64,000 bases of DNA from Gnetum montanum (lineage: Eukaryota; Plantae; Gnetophyta): NCBI GenBank assembly GCA_015680685.1, contig MNCI01002198.1, forward strand, positions 217,775-281,774, in the 5' to 3' direction. Below are positions 52,078 to 64,000 of the stretch, one piece after another. The position numbers were made by a program, and so were the translations under genes. Each line of letters begins with the position of its first letter. Positions within the stretch are counted from its first letter, which is position 1. The notes below the pieces were generated by a model. It did no database searches. It had not been told where the DNA came from and was given only the letters and a program-made list of their open reading frames with translations.

Positions 52078-53395
52078 ATGGCCCCTCTTTGTTAACATCT
52101 GGAGGAGTGACCTAAGAGATGTTGACAAAGAATTACAAAAAACACCACAACAAGCATGCCACCAAAGTCACTTCTTAGTACAAGATCAGATGTTGTTTTA
52201 CCATGCTCAAGAGTGCTATGGGAATAATGTTATGCTAAGGGATAAAGAGTATAGGTAATGCTAGGGAGATGACATTTAAATGGTGAAAATGAAATGCAAA
52301 TAGTGGATCATGATGTAAGATGCAAATTTAACATGGTTGATAGCGACCAAGGCATGAAGTGGTTTGCCCCTAAAATGGTGAGCTATCATCAAACTGCTTA
52401 TGAGAGCGTCAAAGTCAATCTAAGGTTATGCCAATTGTAAAGCTGCAACATTGTCAATTTGTTTAGGGATGTGTTTTTCCCCATTCTTCTTTTTGTTTTT
52501 TTTTTGCTACAAGGTGAACCTCTGTTGGGTTCGGCTTACTGTTGAATAATAGCTGCAAAGGGTGGGCCATCTAGTGGATGGGCTTTTCTTTGATGCAATC
52601 ACATTGCATCTATATGATAGGTGTCTCTTCCCTAGGATGAGTTGTATTACATCTATTTGAATCTTTAACCAGCCCACAAAGGCTCCCCATGGGACGAGTT
52701 GCGTTACATCCACCATGAGTTTAGCGGTTGATGTGAAGAGAATGCCATGTGTGTTACAAAGCATATGCATCAGAGGAATGTGAAATCATGAGTTTGCAAA
52801 GGATGAGAGGATATTGGGATGAAGGAGTGGATGTGTGTAGGCTGTAACAGGAATGAGGGAGATGTGCACTCTTAAGTGGCTCAACTAGTCTAATGATGTA
52901 CATTAGAGCAACATGGTAACTTGTTGCTATGATGAGATGCATCTCTGCACAACTATTTCCAAGGCTTCATCCTGCAAACACAACTCCAAGATGACAAGAA
53001 AACCACAAAACGTGAAATGCAAGTGCAAATGTTAGATGTGAAGATGTTGCAGGTGCTAGATGTGAAAATGCTACAAATGTGTCAAATGTTGTGCCAGTTG
53101 TATGTGCGTAGGAAGCCAGTGAAAGTGCCAGGGTGATGATGTTGCAAGTTCTCTGAAGGCCACACTAATGGCATGTGCTCCAAAAAATTAGCAGAATGGT
53201 GAGAGGCGATAATGCTACAAGTGCCCCCAAGGGTTTCACCAATGGTAGGTACTCAAATTAGATCAGCAACATGCCATTTTAAAGTCTTGGCAGACTCTGA
53301 ACCCAGTTTAAGATCTGGGTAGACTATGATGTGCTAGTTTATTATCCGAGCAGACTGCTAAGTGCTAGTTTAGTGTCGTAGTAGACAGTGGATGT

Positions 53396-53617
53396 TGTGC
53401 CAGTTTAACATCATGACCCAAGAACGAGCTATTATGCCAGTTTAACATCATGACCCAAGGATGAGCTATTATGCCAGTTTAACATCATGACCCAAGGATG
53501 AGCTATTATGCTAGTTTAATGTCATGACCCAAGGATGAGCTATTATGCCAGTTTAACGTCATGACCCAAGGATGAGCTATTATGCTAGTTTAACATCATG
53601 ACCCAAGGATGAGCTGT
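53396..53617. repeat. 37-bp minisatellite, 6 copies (plus degenerate copies at 53300-53395)
   Basis: gc(c/t)agtttaa(c/t)(a/g)tcatgacccaaggatgagctattat, anchors at 53401, 53438, 53475, 53512, 53549 and 53586. Confidence 0.95.
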
Positions 53618-54189
53618 GCCGATTTATAGTCATAGCAGACTATCTATTTACCTTGCTTATGTAAGGTGTGATGTTGCATGCATGGTCATGCTATGTGCCT
53701 GCAAGATCTTGCAAAAATCAACTAGAAAGAAAGCAACATCAAGCAACACCTATTATAAACAAAGTTAAAATGGATGAATGAAAGGAAAAAATGCCAAAAG
53801 TGATAGTTTTAGACCATTTCAGGTCGTAGGCTAGTTTAAGGCCTTTTTGGGCCATGGGCTAGGTTAAGGCCATTTTGGGCCATGGGTTTTTGTTGTTTTA
53901 TGTTTTTTTTTATGTTTTTCAAATGCAATGTGTAAAATAATTTGACGCATGTGTAAACAGAGTAGAAATGGATAAACAAAGAAAAATGTGTGATCTAAGT
54001 GAGCAAGCAAAATGTAAATGCGTAGGCTAGTGCAATGTAAACAAAAGTAAAAAATGCATGGCAAGCGGAGGCAAAGGGTAGGCAGGCATCTGCATTTTTT
54101 CCGAAGGGAAAGTCTTGGTCATGTAGTTGCTTCCTAATCAGGTGTGGATTAGGGGGTGTGCAAGGCTTAGAATCCTCTGGGAGGTTGTT

Positions 54190-57100
54190 GGCTTCAACCA
54201 CTCATTTGTGTGTGTTAGCCTTAGGTATTGCGTTGGTTGCTATAGGTGTACCACCAAGAAACTCTTCTTCCAAAACCTGCACCATGTCTATGTTGTGAAT
54301 AGTTGAAGAGGCAACATTATCACCATGGATGATAACTTGACCACCCTTGTATGGAAGGTGGATTTCTTGGTGGATGGGAGAGGAGACAGTGTGTAGTTGG
54401 GCTAGCCAAGGCCTGCCTAGAATTAGGTTGAAACTTGGCATCTCCTCTATGACAGTGAAATCTACACTAGTGGGGAATTGCTCTCCTACCACAAAGGCTA
54501 AGTTGATTGTACCCCTGATTGTGACACATGATCCGTTGAAGGATTTTAGACACATGGTTGTGGTTGGCCTGATTTCATCTGCCAGGCCTAGCTTTTCGAT
54601 GATGGAGTACAGGACTATGTTTGTTGCTGCACCATCATCGACATGTACCCTATAGATGGTGCACTACCCAACACATATGCTAATTGACAATGGAGCTGTA
54701 GTGACCTCCCCTTGTTTGGGGTTGACCTTGACTGCATTGTTGCAGAATATTAGAGATGTTGAACTCGAATCTTATGGTGTAGGGGGCAACATTGTTGCAC
54801 AGATGGATGTCTCATTTGTAGGGATGTCTTCCGTAATAGGAATGGATGCCAAGATTTGGGCCAAGGCTTGGTGATGAGTAGATGAGGTCATGACCAGGTC
54901 ATACAAGCTCAATGTTGTGTTCTTTTGCTTGAGCATTTGTTTCAGTTGGGTTAGTGCAACTATGAAGTCCTTATCATTGGCTGTTGTGTTGGCCTTGATT
55001 TCCTCCATGTGGCTTGAGAGACAGATCTCCTAGGGAGGGGACTTGGGCTTTGTTTTCTTGGCCTAATTAGGGGTAGGGGCCCTAGTGTTCAGTTGTTGTT
55101 TGTTGGTTGTGGCTTTTGCTTCAGCTATGGGGGTTGTGAGGTGCTTGTTTGTCCTCTCGTGTTTCCATTTGGTAGGCCTACTTGGGTTGCTAGTGGGATC
55201 AACCCTCGAGGGAGGAGAGATTGAGACATTGCTCACTGTTGGGCTTTGGGAAGGTGAGGGGCCATCACGTTGTGGCACCTTGATTACAAATGGTGAGTTG
55301 TTGTAGGATTTGTTGTATGACCAACTCATTGTGGTATCTTGATGACAAAAGGTTTCTTAGTGGTTTTTTTTGTTGTGTCATGTCAGTTTAATGTCTTAGT
55401 GGATGATTGGCTTGGAACCTTGACCAAAAAGGGTGTTGCGGGTGCTAGAGGTGGCACTTTGATAACAAAGGAAGGCCTCTTGTTTGTGGAGGTCAAGGGG
55501 ATCCTTGTCTTGTTAGGAGGCACATGGATCACAAAAGGTTGTTGCATAGTTTTGGGTTTGCCACCTATGCTAATGGAATTTATGACATAGGAGGCATCCA
55601 TTGTGTTGGATTGACTCACCATGTCGATTACCAGTTGGTCCCATTCTATCATTTTCTACAGGTCATCCTACAAAGCACAAAAATTATCTGTACTGTGACC
55701 AACCAATTGGTTGTAATGACAGTATTGGTCCAATTTAAAATGTTGTGGGGTTGGGGGCTTGTTTGGTACTGCTAATGTGGAGTTCCTTAGTAGTTTGTAG
55801 TACCTATCATGTTTTTGGTGACCAATCTCTAATGCGTGTTTGTATTGGATTTTCCTAGCTTTCAAGAGTTTCTCCAGTAGTTTAGAGGGTTGCATTGGTA
55901 GTGGTGTATACTTTGAGTAGTACTTATGCTGAAAGTTGGGCCTTGGGGTGGCCCTTGCCGATGTAGGTGAGTTGGTACTAGAGTTGGNATGCTGAAAGTT
56001 GGGCCTTGGGGTGGCCCTTGCCGATGTAGGTGAGTTGGTACTAGAGTTGGCGGTTTTGTCAACTAGGGCCTTGGGCTGCTTAGCTATCTGGGCCTTGAGT
56101 TGTTATTGTGCTTGTGGCCACTGTTGTGTTTTGCTTGCGAGCATGTTGGTTTCTGTAGGCCATGTAGGCTAGATCATTGCTAGCTTGCACTGCTTCCCCT
56201 ATGCCTTTTTTTTAGGAAAAGGCTTGGCTAAGAGACTTTGGGGCTAGATAATACAGTTTGGACTTGATGAAGTCATTCATTGCAACTTTGAAGATGGCTG
56301 GTAGATGTGTCTCTACTAAGGGTTCATGCATTTCACTCAATGTAGCATTCCAACATTGAAGGAATTTTGACATGGGTTCTAAAGGCCCCTGTTTAACTTG
56401 CATAAGTTGGTCAAGGGTTGCTTTAGGATTTAGGTTGTACCTGAAGCATGTCACAAACTGGCTTATGAGATCCTCCAAAGAGGATATTGAGGCCTTGGGA
56501 AGCATGTGATACCAGTCTAAAGCCTTGTTTGTGAGTGACATGGGGAACACATGCATGATGGCATGTGGCCAAGCTTGAAGTAGTAGGCACTCAGATCGAA
56601 ATGTGACCAAGTGTGCATTGGGATCCCCTTCACCATTGTACTTGGTGAATTATGGCAGTTGGACCCTAGTTGGGAGAGGTAGAGGTGGTACAGTAGGACT
56701 TATGGGGTTGTCTCGGTAGAAGTCCACCACCTTGACAATGTTGAAGGAGGTATCCTTGAGTTAGTTTATCTCCTCTGTCAAGCATTGGATCAGCTGGAAT
56801 GCCTAATCCAAGCTTAGGGATGTGCCAACTGGTTACATTGGTTGGGCTTATGTTGGTTGCATAGCATAGGGTAGAATTTTTGGGTGCAGAGTTTGCCACT
56901 TTAATGTCATAGCGGACAATTGTTGCTAGTTTAACGTCATAGCGGATGGTTGTTGCTAGTTTAATGTCATAGCAGATGGTTGTTGCTAGTTTAATGTCAT
57001 AGAAGATGGTTGTTGATGTGTTAGTTGAGCAATGAGTGTGGTGATTGAGGTAGGCCACACATGAGTGGGTTGGAAGGACACCGCAAATGCCAATGAGACA

Positions 57101-57640
57101 GGTGGAATGTAGGATGCCTAAGTTGTCTGGGGCTGGGAGGTGGCCCTTTCATGAGCATAGTGTTGGGAAAATGCATTAGTTGCTTGTGAGTAAGGCTAAA
57201 TTGGCATGGTCACCATCTTAGAGAGAATGGGTGGACCGAATCGAAGAGGGACTGTACTAGGGAGTGATCGTTGGAAGATAGTGTGGAGAGGGCTCTCATG
57301 CTCGGAGTGGGCCTCGAACTCATCTTCTCCCTTCTGTGAGGCCTTCTCGTAGGTTGTCATTGCATCATGCTTGTTTGCATAGATAAGTTGGGACAACAAC
57401 TAGTGGTAGAACTCTGTGAGTGGGATTATGTCAAACAAGGAGGGTTTGTACTCCCATCCATTCCGGTGGACTTGTTCATAGTCCTGTTTTGCCTCCAAAT
57501 CAAGGTAATCCATTGGTAGTCCTGTTTGGATTTTGGCACAAATAAAATTGTATTGTTCATGGCTTAGTGCGGCATGCTTTGGCTAGATTGTAGTGTCAAA
57601 TGTATTAGACACCAATGTGGAAGGTTGATCTAGATTCATA
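54190..57640 (-). pseudogene. gag: gag-protease relic of the Tat/Ogre-like element
   Basis: ORFs 56212-56610, 55668-55895, 54772-55008 and 54202-54555 carry capsid, knuckle and aspartic-protease motifs. Confidence 0.85.
56895..57014. repeat. 30-bp tandem repeat, 4 copies, in the gag 5' region
   Basis: gctagtttaatgtcatagcagatggttgtt units at 56895, 56925, 56955 and 56985. Confidence 0.93.
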
Positions 57641-58236
57641 TTCACAGATCAGGTTTTGAGAGTTGAAATTTGCAGAAAATGGCTAACTTTGAAAACTATA
57701 GAAAAATGACTAAGTCTGTTAGTAGCAGAAAAATGTATGAAAATGGTTAAGTGTAAAAATATAGAAAAAATGCTAAGTATGAAAATGCAAAAAAAAAATG
57801 CTAAATATGAAAACTGTGAAAGATGGCTAACTTTGGTGCTGCACTCACTATGCTGGAGCTTGGTATGCTCGCTACATTGTAGCTTGTCATGCTTGCTACG
57901 TTGAGGAAGACCCTGCTACGCTGATGAGGTTACTACGCTACACAGGACATAGGCAGTGTAACACAGTAGACAGTTTAGGGACTGCTACATTGATAGTGTT
58001 GCTATGCTACACAAGATAGAGGTAACATAACACAGGATACAGGTAGCGTAACGTAGTTGACTATTTTGGGCTTTCAACCTGCAGGGTTCTAGAGGAACCA
58101 TCGTGGCAACCAGTTTGTACCACCTGGTGCGTAGACAACCATAGAGGTGTCAAATCTACACTAGTAGGCTGCTGGTGACAGGGTACAAATAGCGTGCAAG
58201 ATTACCCGTGGCACACAAAAAGGACATAGAGATTGG

Positions 58237-58253
58237 CCCTCCTTCTAGCACCA
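58237..58253 (-). promoter_or_regulatory. Primer binding site (tRNA-Asn type)
   Basis: Minus strand reads tggtgctagaaggaggg, matching TGGCGCTAGAAGGAGGG, the complement of the plant tRNA-Asn(GUU) 3' end as I recall it. Confidence 0.75.
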
Positions 58254-58258
58254 AAAAC

Positions 58259-59536
58259 TATAACAATCAGAAACATCGGTGGCTAGAACATTGAGAGGTT
58301 ACCAAGCGTACAGCCTAACCTCGAATCTGTGTGAGGGCCGTGCTAGAGAAAGTAGAAACGGTGTGCCCTAAACGGTCTTTTCAATCAGACAGGGACTTAC
58401 AAGGTGTCAAATAACCTCTTGCAAATAGTAATTTTGGAATGTAACACATGATGGGTGTAATGAATGGAAACGTGAGATGCACAATAGTAGAAACATATCA
58501 CAACACGTAATTGGGACAGTAGACATGATTGCACACTTGATAATATAAAGTAAATGCTGTAATAAGGCAAAAAGAGAGTTTGAGTAAGAAGATGCATTGC
58601 CCCAAAAGAGGGAGCGCAACCAATTAAAAAAGGGTATACATAGTGTACAATAGGTGTAGTGGGAGCACAATCATAGCCTCGATCATGTTAGGCTATGAAG
58701 TCTGGTGCTCACTGTGTTGAATTGTGCCTACCAGGTTGGTAGCCACGGTGTACCATGTGAGGTTCTACTGGGCTGCAATGGGGTTGTAGTGTATTGTGTG
58801 GTGTAGGTGTGCCTCTCTACCAGGGTGGTGTGCTCTGGGTCTCATTCACCCACAGAGCTAAGTGCCAAGATGCCAAAAAGCCAAATGCCAAAATGGAAGT
58901 GTCAACTGCCTTGCTGGAAAAAGATGGAAGCCTCTCCCTTCTTCCCACTCTTTCCATTAGGGTGCAGGGGTATTTATAGGGCTAGGATTAGCCCAAAATG
59001 TAGATTAGGTGCCACATGGCAGTGCTGTGGGTGGGACCATGTTGTTTGCTATGCTTGTCCCATGTTACATGTGGGACATAGGATGCTAGCTGCAACGCTA
59101 GACAGGGTGTTAAGCTATGCTGTGTAACAGGGTGCTATGCTACACAGTGTGATAGGGTGCTACGCTACATAGTGTGATAGGGTGCTACGTTGTAGTAGAC
59201 ATGGTGCTATGCTATGCTGTGTAATAGGGTGCTACGTTGTGTAACAGGGTGCTACACTACATAGTGTAAAAGGGTGCTACGCTATAGTAGACATGGTGCT
59301 ACGCTACACGGCGTAACAGGGTGCTACACTGTAGTAGACATGGTGCTACGCTACGTAGTATAACGGGCTACTATGCTATGTAGCATAGCAGAAAGTGCCA
59401 TTGTTCTGACACTTAGAGAAATTTTGCAAATCTAGCAGTTGGAGCTGACTACACCCAACACTCTAGAAAAATTTGGACAAAGTGCCACTGTTTTGACACT
59501 TAGCCAAATTTGCAGTCGCAATGCCAAGACCCAAAA
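58259..59536 (-). repeat. 5' LTR, missing its outer 15 bp
   Basis: Colinear with 50655-52062 and lacks ttttgtggtgtttca. Confidence 0.9.
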
Positions 59537-59806
59537 ATAAGTGACATAAAATATATTCATGCAACATGATTTAAAAATTCATAAATATATAAAAAATTTT
59601 ATTATTCTTGTTCCCTTTTTAAAAATATGTTCCTTAAATTGCACATCCAAGTTGCTTTGGAGGGTTGCTCATCTAAGCAATTGATAATCCATGTACATTT
59701 AAATAACAAGAAAGTATGTTTAAATTACATATATTTTATAGAGTTGTGGTTTTTTAGAATCATTTTTATAAAATTATAAGTGTAAGAAAATAAATTTATT
59801 ATAGAA
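59531..59806. repeat. 276-bp direct repeat, right copy
   Basis: About 9 mismatches (counted by eye) versus 50379-50654. Confidence 0.95.
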
Positions 59807-60279
59807 GGGTGCATAGCCATGTAACCTACTAAAACAAATTTATCAATTGAGAATTCAAGAATGAAATTGTAGAAATTCTGTTATCATGTGAATGTCTTGA
59901 TATTCTCATTGATATTTTAATAACCTATTAAAATAAGTGTGGTTTTAAAATTATATTAAAAATAATTTATATAATTTAATAAATCTCAAATATATAATAA
60001 TTATTTATTATTAATTTTCCTTTTTCTAAAACAAGTTTCTCTTTAGGGTTCTATCGAGGGTTGCACATTCAAGCAATCCATAACTCATGTAGGTATCCAT
60101 ATATCGACAATATATTCAAAGTAAGTATAGAATTGTAAATAATTTTAAAAATCTTAGATATATAATAATAATTTATACACATTATTCCTTTTAGTAAAAT
60201 AAGTTTCACAAATCTCACATCTCTACTGTTCTTGAAGGTTGCTCGTTCGAGCAACCCATAACACATAAAATAACCTATG

Positions 60280-62140
60280 TAAACTAGATAATAAATTACT
60301 AGGTTATAAGTACCTCTCCAAAATAGGTTGCCTAGTCATGCATACTTCCAATAATAAATTAAAAATTCTATTCTTTGTCCAAGGTATTCCTATATTGTAC
60401 TATTAGCATTATATGACCAACCAATACGTTGTCTATTCATGCATGTTCCTATAGGAATGTTGTGTGATTCCTGGCTTTCAAGGGATTAATGATGTAGTGT
60501 AGTTATAGAGTTGACAGTAAATTTTCTATAAGTCTAGGATGCTCGATCATGCATGTTTAGATCTATACATTATTTAATGTTGGTAGTCTAAGGTACTCTT
60601 ATACTATATGATTAGCATTAGATGATCAATAAATACATTCCATAGAATTGGTATGATTTAGTAGGTTGCTTGTCCATGCATGTTCTTGTATGAATGTTGT
60701 GTAATGCCTCATTTTCAAGGGAATAATGATGTAGCATAGTTCTAGAGTAGATAGTAAATATTCTATAAGTTTGGGATACCCGATCATGTATGTTAGAATA
60801 TCCAATGTAATTTGATTTGTGATATGTAGTTTAATATATATGATATATTATATTCATTCTCCATAGGGAATAAATGTGAATGATAAATTCATGGAAATCA
60901 ATAAATTATTTATTAGGATAGACTCCTTGATCATGAATGTTTCATTCTAGATGTTGTATGCTATTTTTATTCTTTATAAATATAATTCTATTAATTACTG
61001 TACTGTCTTAGGAAATGTCATTTTTTTAATCATGAGAATTTAGAAATTTTTTACATAGTTTTAATATGCACATATACGAGCATTATATCATCAAATAATT
61101 GTATAATACATAAGGTTGTATAGTCATGCAAGTATACATGAAGGATATTGATGTAGTTCTAGAGTTAACAATAAATGTTCTATAAGTCTAGGATGTTTGA
61201 TTATGTATGTTAGAATATATAATGTAATTTGGTTTTTGATACATAGGTTGCAATATTATGCATGGTTAGATCTATAAGTTTTTTACTATTAGTGATCTAG
61301 GGTGTTACTGTACTATACAGTTAGCATTACGTGATCAAAAAATACATCCCATATACTTGATATCATCCAATAGTTATCTGTTAATGCATGTTCCTATAGG
61401 AATGTTATGTCATGCATGGGCTTTAAGGGAATAATGATGTAGCATAGTTTTAGAGTTGACAGTAAATATTTTATAATTTTAGAATGTCCTATCATCCATG
61501 TTAGAATCTCCAATGTGATTTTATTTTTAATATGTAGGTTTCCCAAATGTGCATGCTTAAATCTATATGTTGTTCAATGTTGGTGGTCTAGGATATTTCT
61601 ATAATGTATGATTGACGTTAGATGATCAACATCCCATATAATTGGTATAATCTAGTAGGTTTTTTGTCCATGTGTGTTGTTGTAGGAATGTTGTGTAATG
61701 CCTAAGTTTCAAGGGAATAATGATGTAGTGTAGTTCTAGAGTTGATAGTAAGTATTCTATAAGTCTGGGATGCCTGATCATGCATGTTAGAATATTCAAC
61801 GTAATTTAGTTCAGAATATATAGTTTAATATATGTAATAAATTTTATTCATTCTCCATAGGATATGAGCATGAAGGATAAATCCATAGCTAACAATAAAT
61901 TATTTTCTAGGAGAAGCTTCCAAATCATGAATGTTTCAATTTGGAAGTTGTATACTATTTTTATTCTTTGTGAATATAACTGAATCAATCATGGCATTAT
62001 CTGAGAAAATGTTGTTTTTCCAATCATAAGGTTGTAGAAATGTTTTATGTAGTTTTAATATGCACATATACAAACATTGTATCATCAAACAATTATGTAA
62101 TATGGGAAATTGCACAATCATGCAAGTATACATGAAGGGT
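60280..62140. repeat. Higher-order composite repeat array
   Basis: The module agggaataatgatgtag..tagttctagag...ctataagt recurs near 60481, 60718, 61150, 61427 and 61712. 60660-61145 is repeated at about 61655-62140. Confidence 0.8.
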
Positions 62141-63226
62141 AATAATGTATTTCATTAATAAATTTCTCCTATTTAGGTATATTTTTATTTAAATAAACAA
62201 TACATACATTTAGAAGGTTAGTATAGTATAGTCTATTCCTTACTTGAGTTACATTATAGGATCAAATCAGTAATATTGTTTAGAATGTAAAGAAGCAAAT
62301 GAATCTTGCCAAATCCTGGTATTTGACTAATATGAAGCCATAAGAGAGACATGAGGATGTTCATATTTTTGTGCAATCCATTGATAGCAACTCCTTCAAG
62401 GATGAGGGAATCATTATTGCATTTTGTGTTGGAAATAATGACATTATTTACATTCAATTAGAGAAGCTACTTTTATTAATGAATGAAATACTTCAAAGTG
62501 GTAGGTTTCTTCTTGGGACCTTGGACATGGATTGAACTAGGTCATCTGCTACAATAAGAATATATGACATAGAAAGGAATGATTTTAACTTTATTGAGTA
62601 TGAGGTTGTGGCATTTATAAAGAGGTTTCTTCAATACAAGATAATGATAATAACATTGTCTATTTTTCTTTATATGAGGAATCATATGAATCAATCTTAT
62701 AATTTATATAATGAGATTCTCCTAACATATTAGCTAAGATCATTTTCTATGCACATTATATTATCTATTTAGGAACTACCTACAATCACTCTACATAAAT
62801 CAAAAAAGAAATCAGAGTCCCAAAGTAAAAGAGTTGTTTGGGTTACTAATAAGAAAATCAAGGTAGAAATAATGTAGAAGGGATATTTCCATCCTAATTT
62901 CTCAACAAGGTATTTGATCAAAATTGATAAATCCAACCAGGCTTTAGATAAGTTAATGATGAGACGCGACATGCACTGATATCGCGTACGCGATATCGCG
63001 GTCCGCCGCCATATCTATAAATAAGAGGCGGCACTCCCTTCATTTCCAAATCCTAGCTAGAAGTAGTGAAGCTCTAGCAGATTGATCACTCCAGAGTTAG
63101 AATTTTTCCCATGTGCCCGCAGTAGGAGTCCTAGAGTGAACGACTCTTTATTCGAGCAGCTTGTAACCTGAACCCAAGTTGTGTACGGCAATAAAGACGA
63201 ACTTGATTGGATAAACCTTGCAGTAC

Positions 63227-63803
63227 NNNNNNNNNNNNNNNNNNNNNNNNNNNNNNNNNNNNNNNNNNNNNNNNNNNNNNNNNNNNNNNNNNNNNNNNNN
63301 NNNNNNNNNNNNNNNNNNNNNNNNNNNNNNNNNNNNNNNNNNNNNNNNNNNNNNNNNNNNNNNNNNNNNNNNNNNNNNNNNNNNNNNNNNNNNNNNNNNN
63401 NNNNNNNNNNNNNNNNNNNNNNNNNNNNNNNNNNNNNNNNNNNNNNNNNNNNNNNNNNNNNNNNNNNNNNNNNNNNNNNNNNNNNNNNNNNNNNNNNNNN
63501 NNNNNNNNNNNNNNNNNNNNNNNNNNNNNNNNNNNNNNNNNNNNNNNNNNNNNNNNNNNNNNNNNNNNNNNNNNNNNNNNNNNNNNNNNNNNNNNNNNNN
63601 NNNNNNNNNNNNNNNNNNNNNNNNNNNNNNNNNNNNNNNNNNNNNNNNNNNNNNNNNNNNNNNNNNNNNNNNNNNNNNNNNNNNNNNNNNNNNNNNNNNN
63701 NNNNNNNNNNNNNNNNNNNNNNNNNNNNNNNNNNNNNNNNNNNNNNNNNNNNNNNNNNNNNNNNNNNNNNNNNNNNNNNNNNNNNNNNNNNNNNNNNNNN
63801 NNN
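63227..63803. other. Assembly gap (577 N)
   Basis: Run of n. Confidence 1.
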
Positions 63804-63804
63804 C

Positions 63805-63999
63805 CTCCATCAGGACGAACAGTTGTGCTGGAGAGATTCAGTTGGTAATATAGTCTTGCCACCAGATCGATCCGTTTCGAGCATGCTTCTCCGTGAATTG
63901 GCACAGATTGGCATGCAGGACTTATTCGCTGAATACGTTGCTGGAATGTATCGCATAAGGGATTATCAACCCACAAATGCCCAACGTATTCGGGATGCA
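63805..63999 (+). CDS. gag: Partial open frame: N-terminal extension of retrotransposon Gag (both ends outside the visible sequence)
   Basis: LHQDEQLCWRDSVGNIVLPPDRSVSSMLLRELAQIGMQDLFAEYVAGMYRIRDYQPTNAQRIRDA, 65 codons with no stop, ungapped match to the decayed copy at 4425-4619. Confidence 0.75.
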
Positions 64000-64000
64000 A

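Larger units (their letters stand above)
50655..59536 (-). mobile_element. Non-autonomous Tat/Ogre-like Ty3/Gypsy element (gag and protease only)
   Basis: LTRs at 50655-52077 and 58259-59536. PBS at 58237-58253 and PPT aaagaggggccat at 52078-52090. Gag 'YNGEGDPNAHL...FPMSLTNKALDWYHML' (56212-56640), knuckle 'YCHYNQLVGHSTDN', protease 'VHVDDGAATNI...FNLILGRPWL' (54202-54700). No RT, RH or INT motifs were seen. Confidence 0.92.
62957..64000 (+). mobile_element. Young Athila-like element: 5' LTR start, assembly gap, then the gag N-terminal region
   Basis: 62957-63226 is nearly identical to 39999-40309. The post-gap sequence translates without stops and is homologous to the gag N-terminus at 4425-4619. 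Confidence 0.85.

Noticed and set aside
53396-53617. 37-bp repeats of CRISPR-like length
   Set aside because: They are head-to-tail with no spacers and lie inside a retrotransposon 3' region.
55927-56050. Perfect about 61-bp tandem duplication in the Tat-like gag
   Set aside because: The copies are identical and separated by a single N (55988), typical of an unmerged contig overlap rather than biology.
63131-64000. Long ORFs of 211-289 aa in the ORF track
   Set aside because: They are artefacts of reading through the N gap.

Overview
AT-rich eukaryotic DNA, almost certainly a land plant, judging from the LTR lineages, the tRNA-iMet/Asp/Asn primer sites and the heavy C>T / G>A decay at CG and CHG. 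I found no intact host protein-coding gene. Most of the window is nested, decayed transposons. These are an Athila-like Ty3/Gypsy (1-5777), a gag-only Sirevirus-like Copia in a tandem shared-LTR arrangement (5778-13020), two chromoviruses (13021-16175 and 30531-36260), a gag-only Athila-like derivative (18108-24814), two LINE relics, a PIF1/Helitron-type helicase relic with repeat arrays, a 134-bp hairpin-bearing satellite, a foldback element and tRNA-derived SINEs. There is also a gag-protease-only Tat/Ogre-like element (50655-59536) flanked by a 276-bp duplication, plus two young CpG-rich LTR copies (a solo LTR at 39999-41053 and an element starting at 62957 that runs into an assembly gap). 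The one clearly non-TE, CpG-retaining island (about 28300-29720) has a TATA box followed by a near-perfect 32-bp stem-loop. It looks like a MIRNA precursor I cannot assign to a known family, and its 3' arm is tandemly duplicated, so one 5' arm has two alternative partners. This is the best candidate for novel biology. A second candidate is a conserved N-terminal domain ahead of Gag in the Athila-like family that I do not recognise. All coordinates and alignments were done by eye; no database searches were run.
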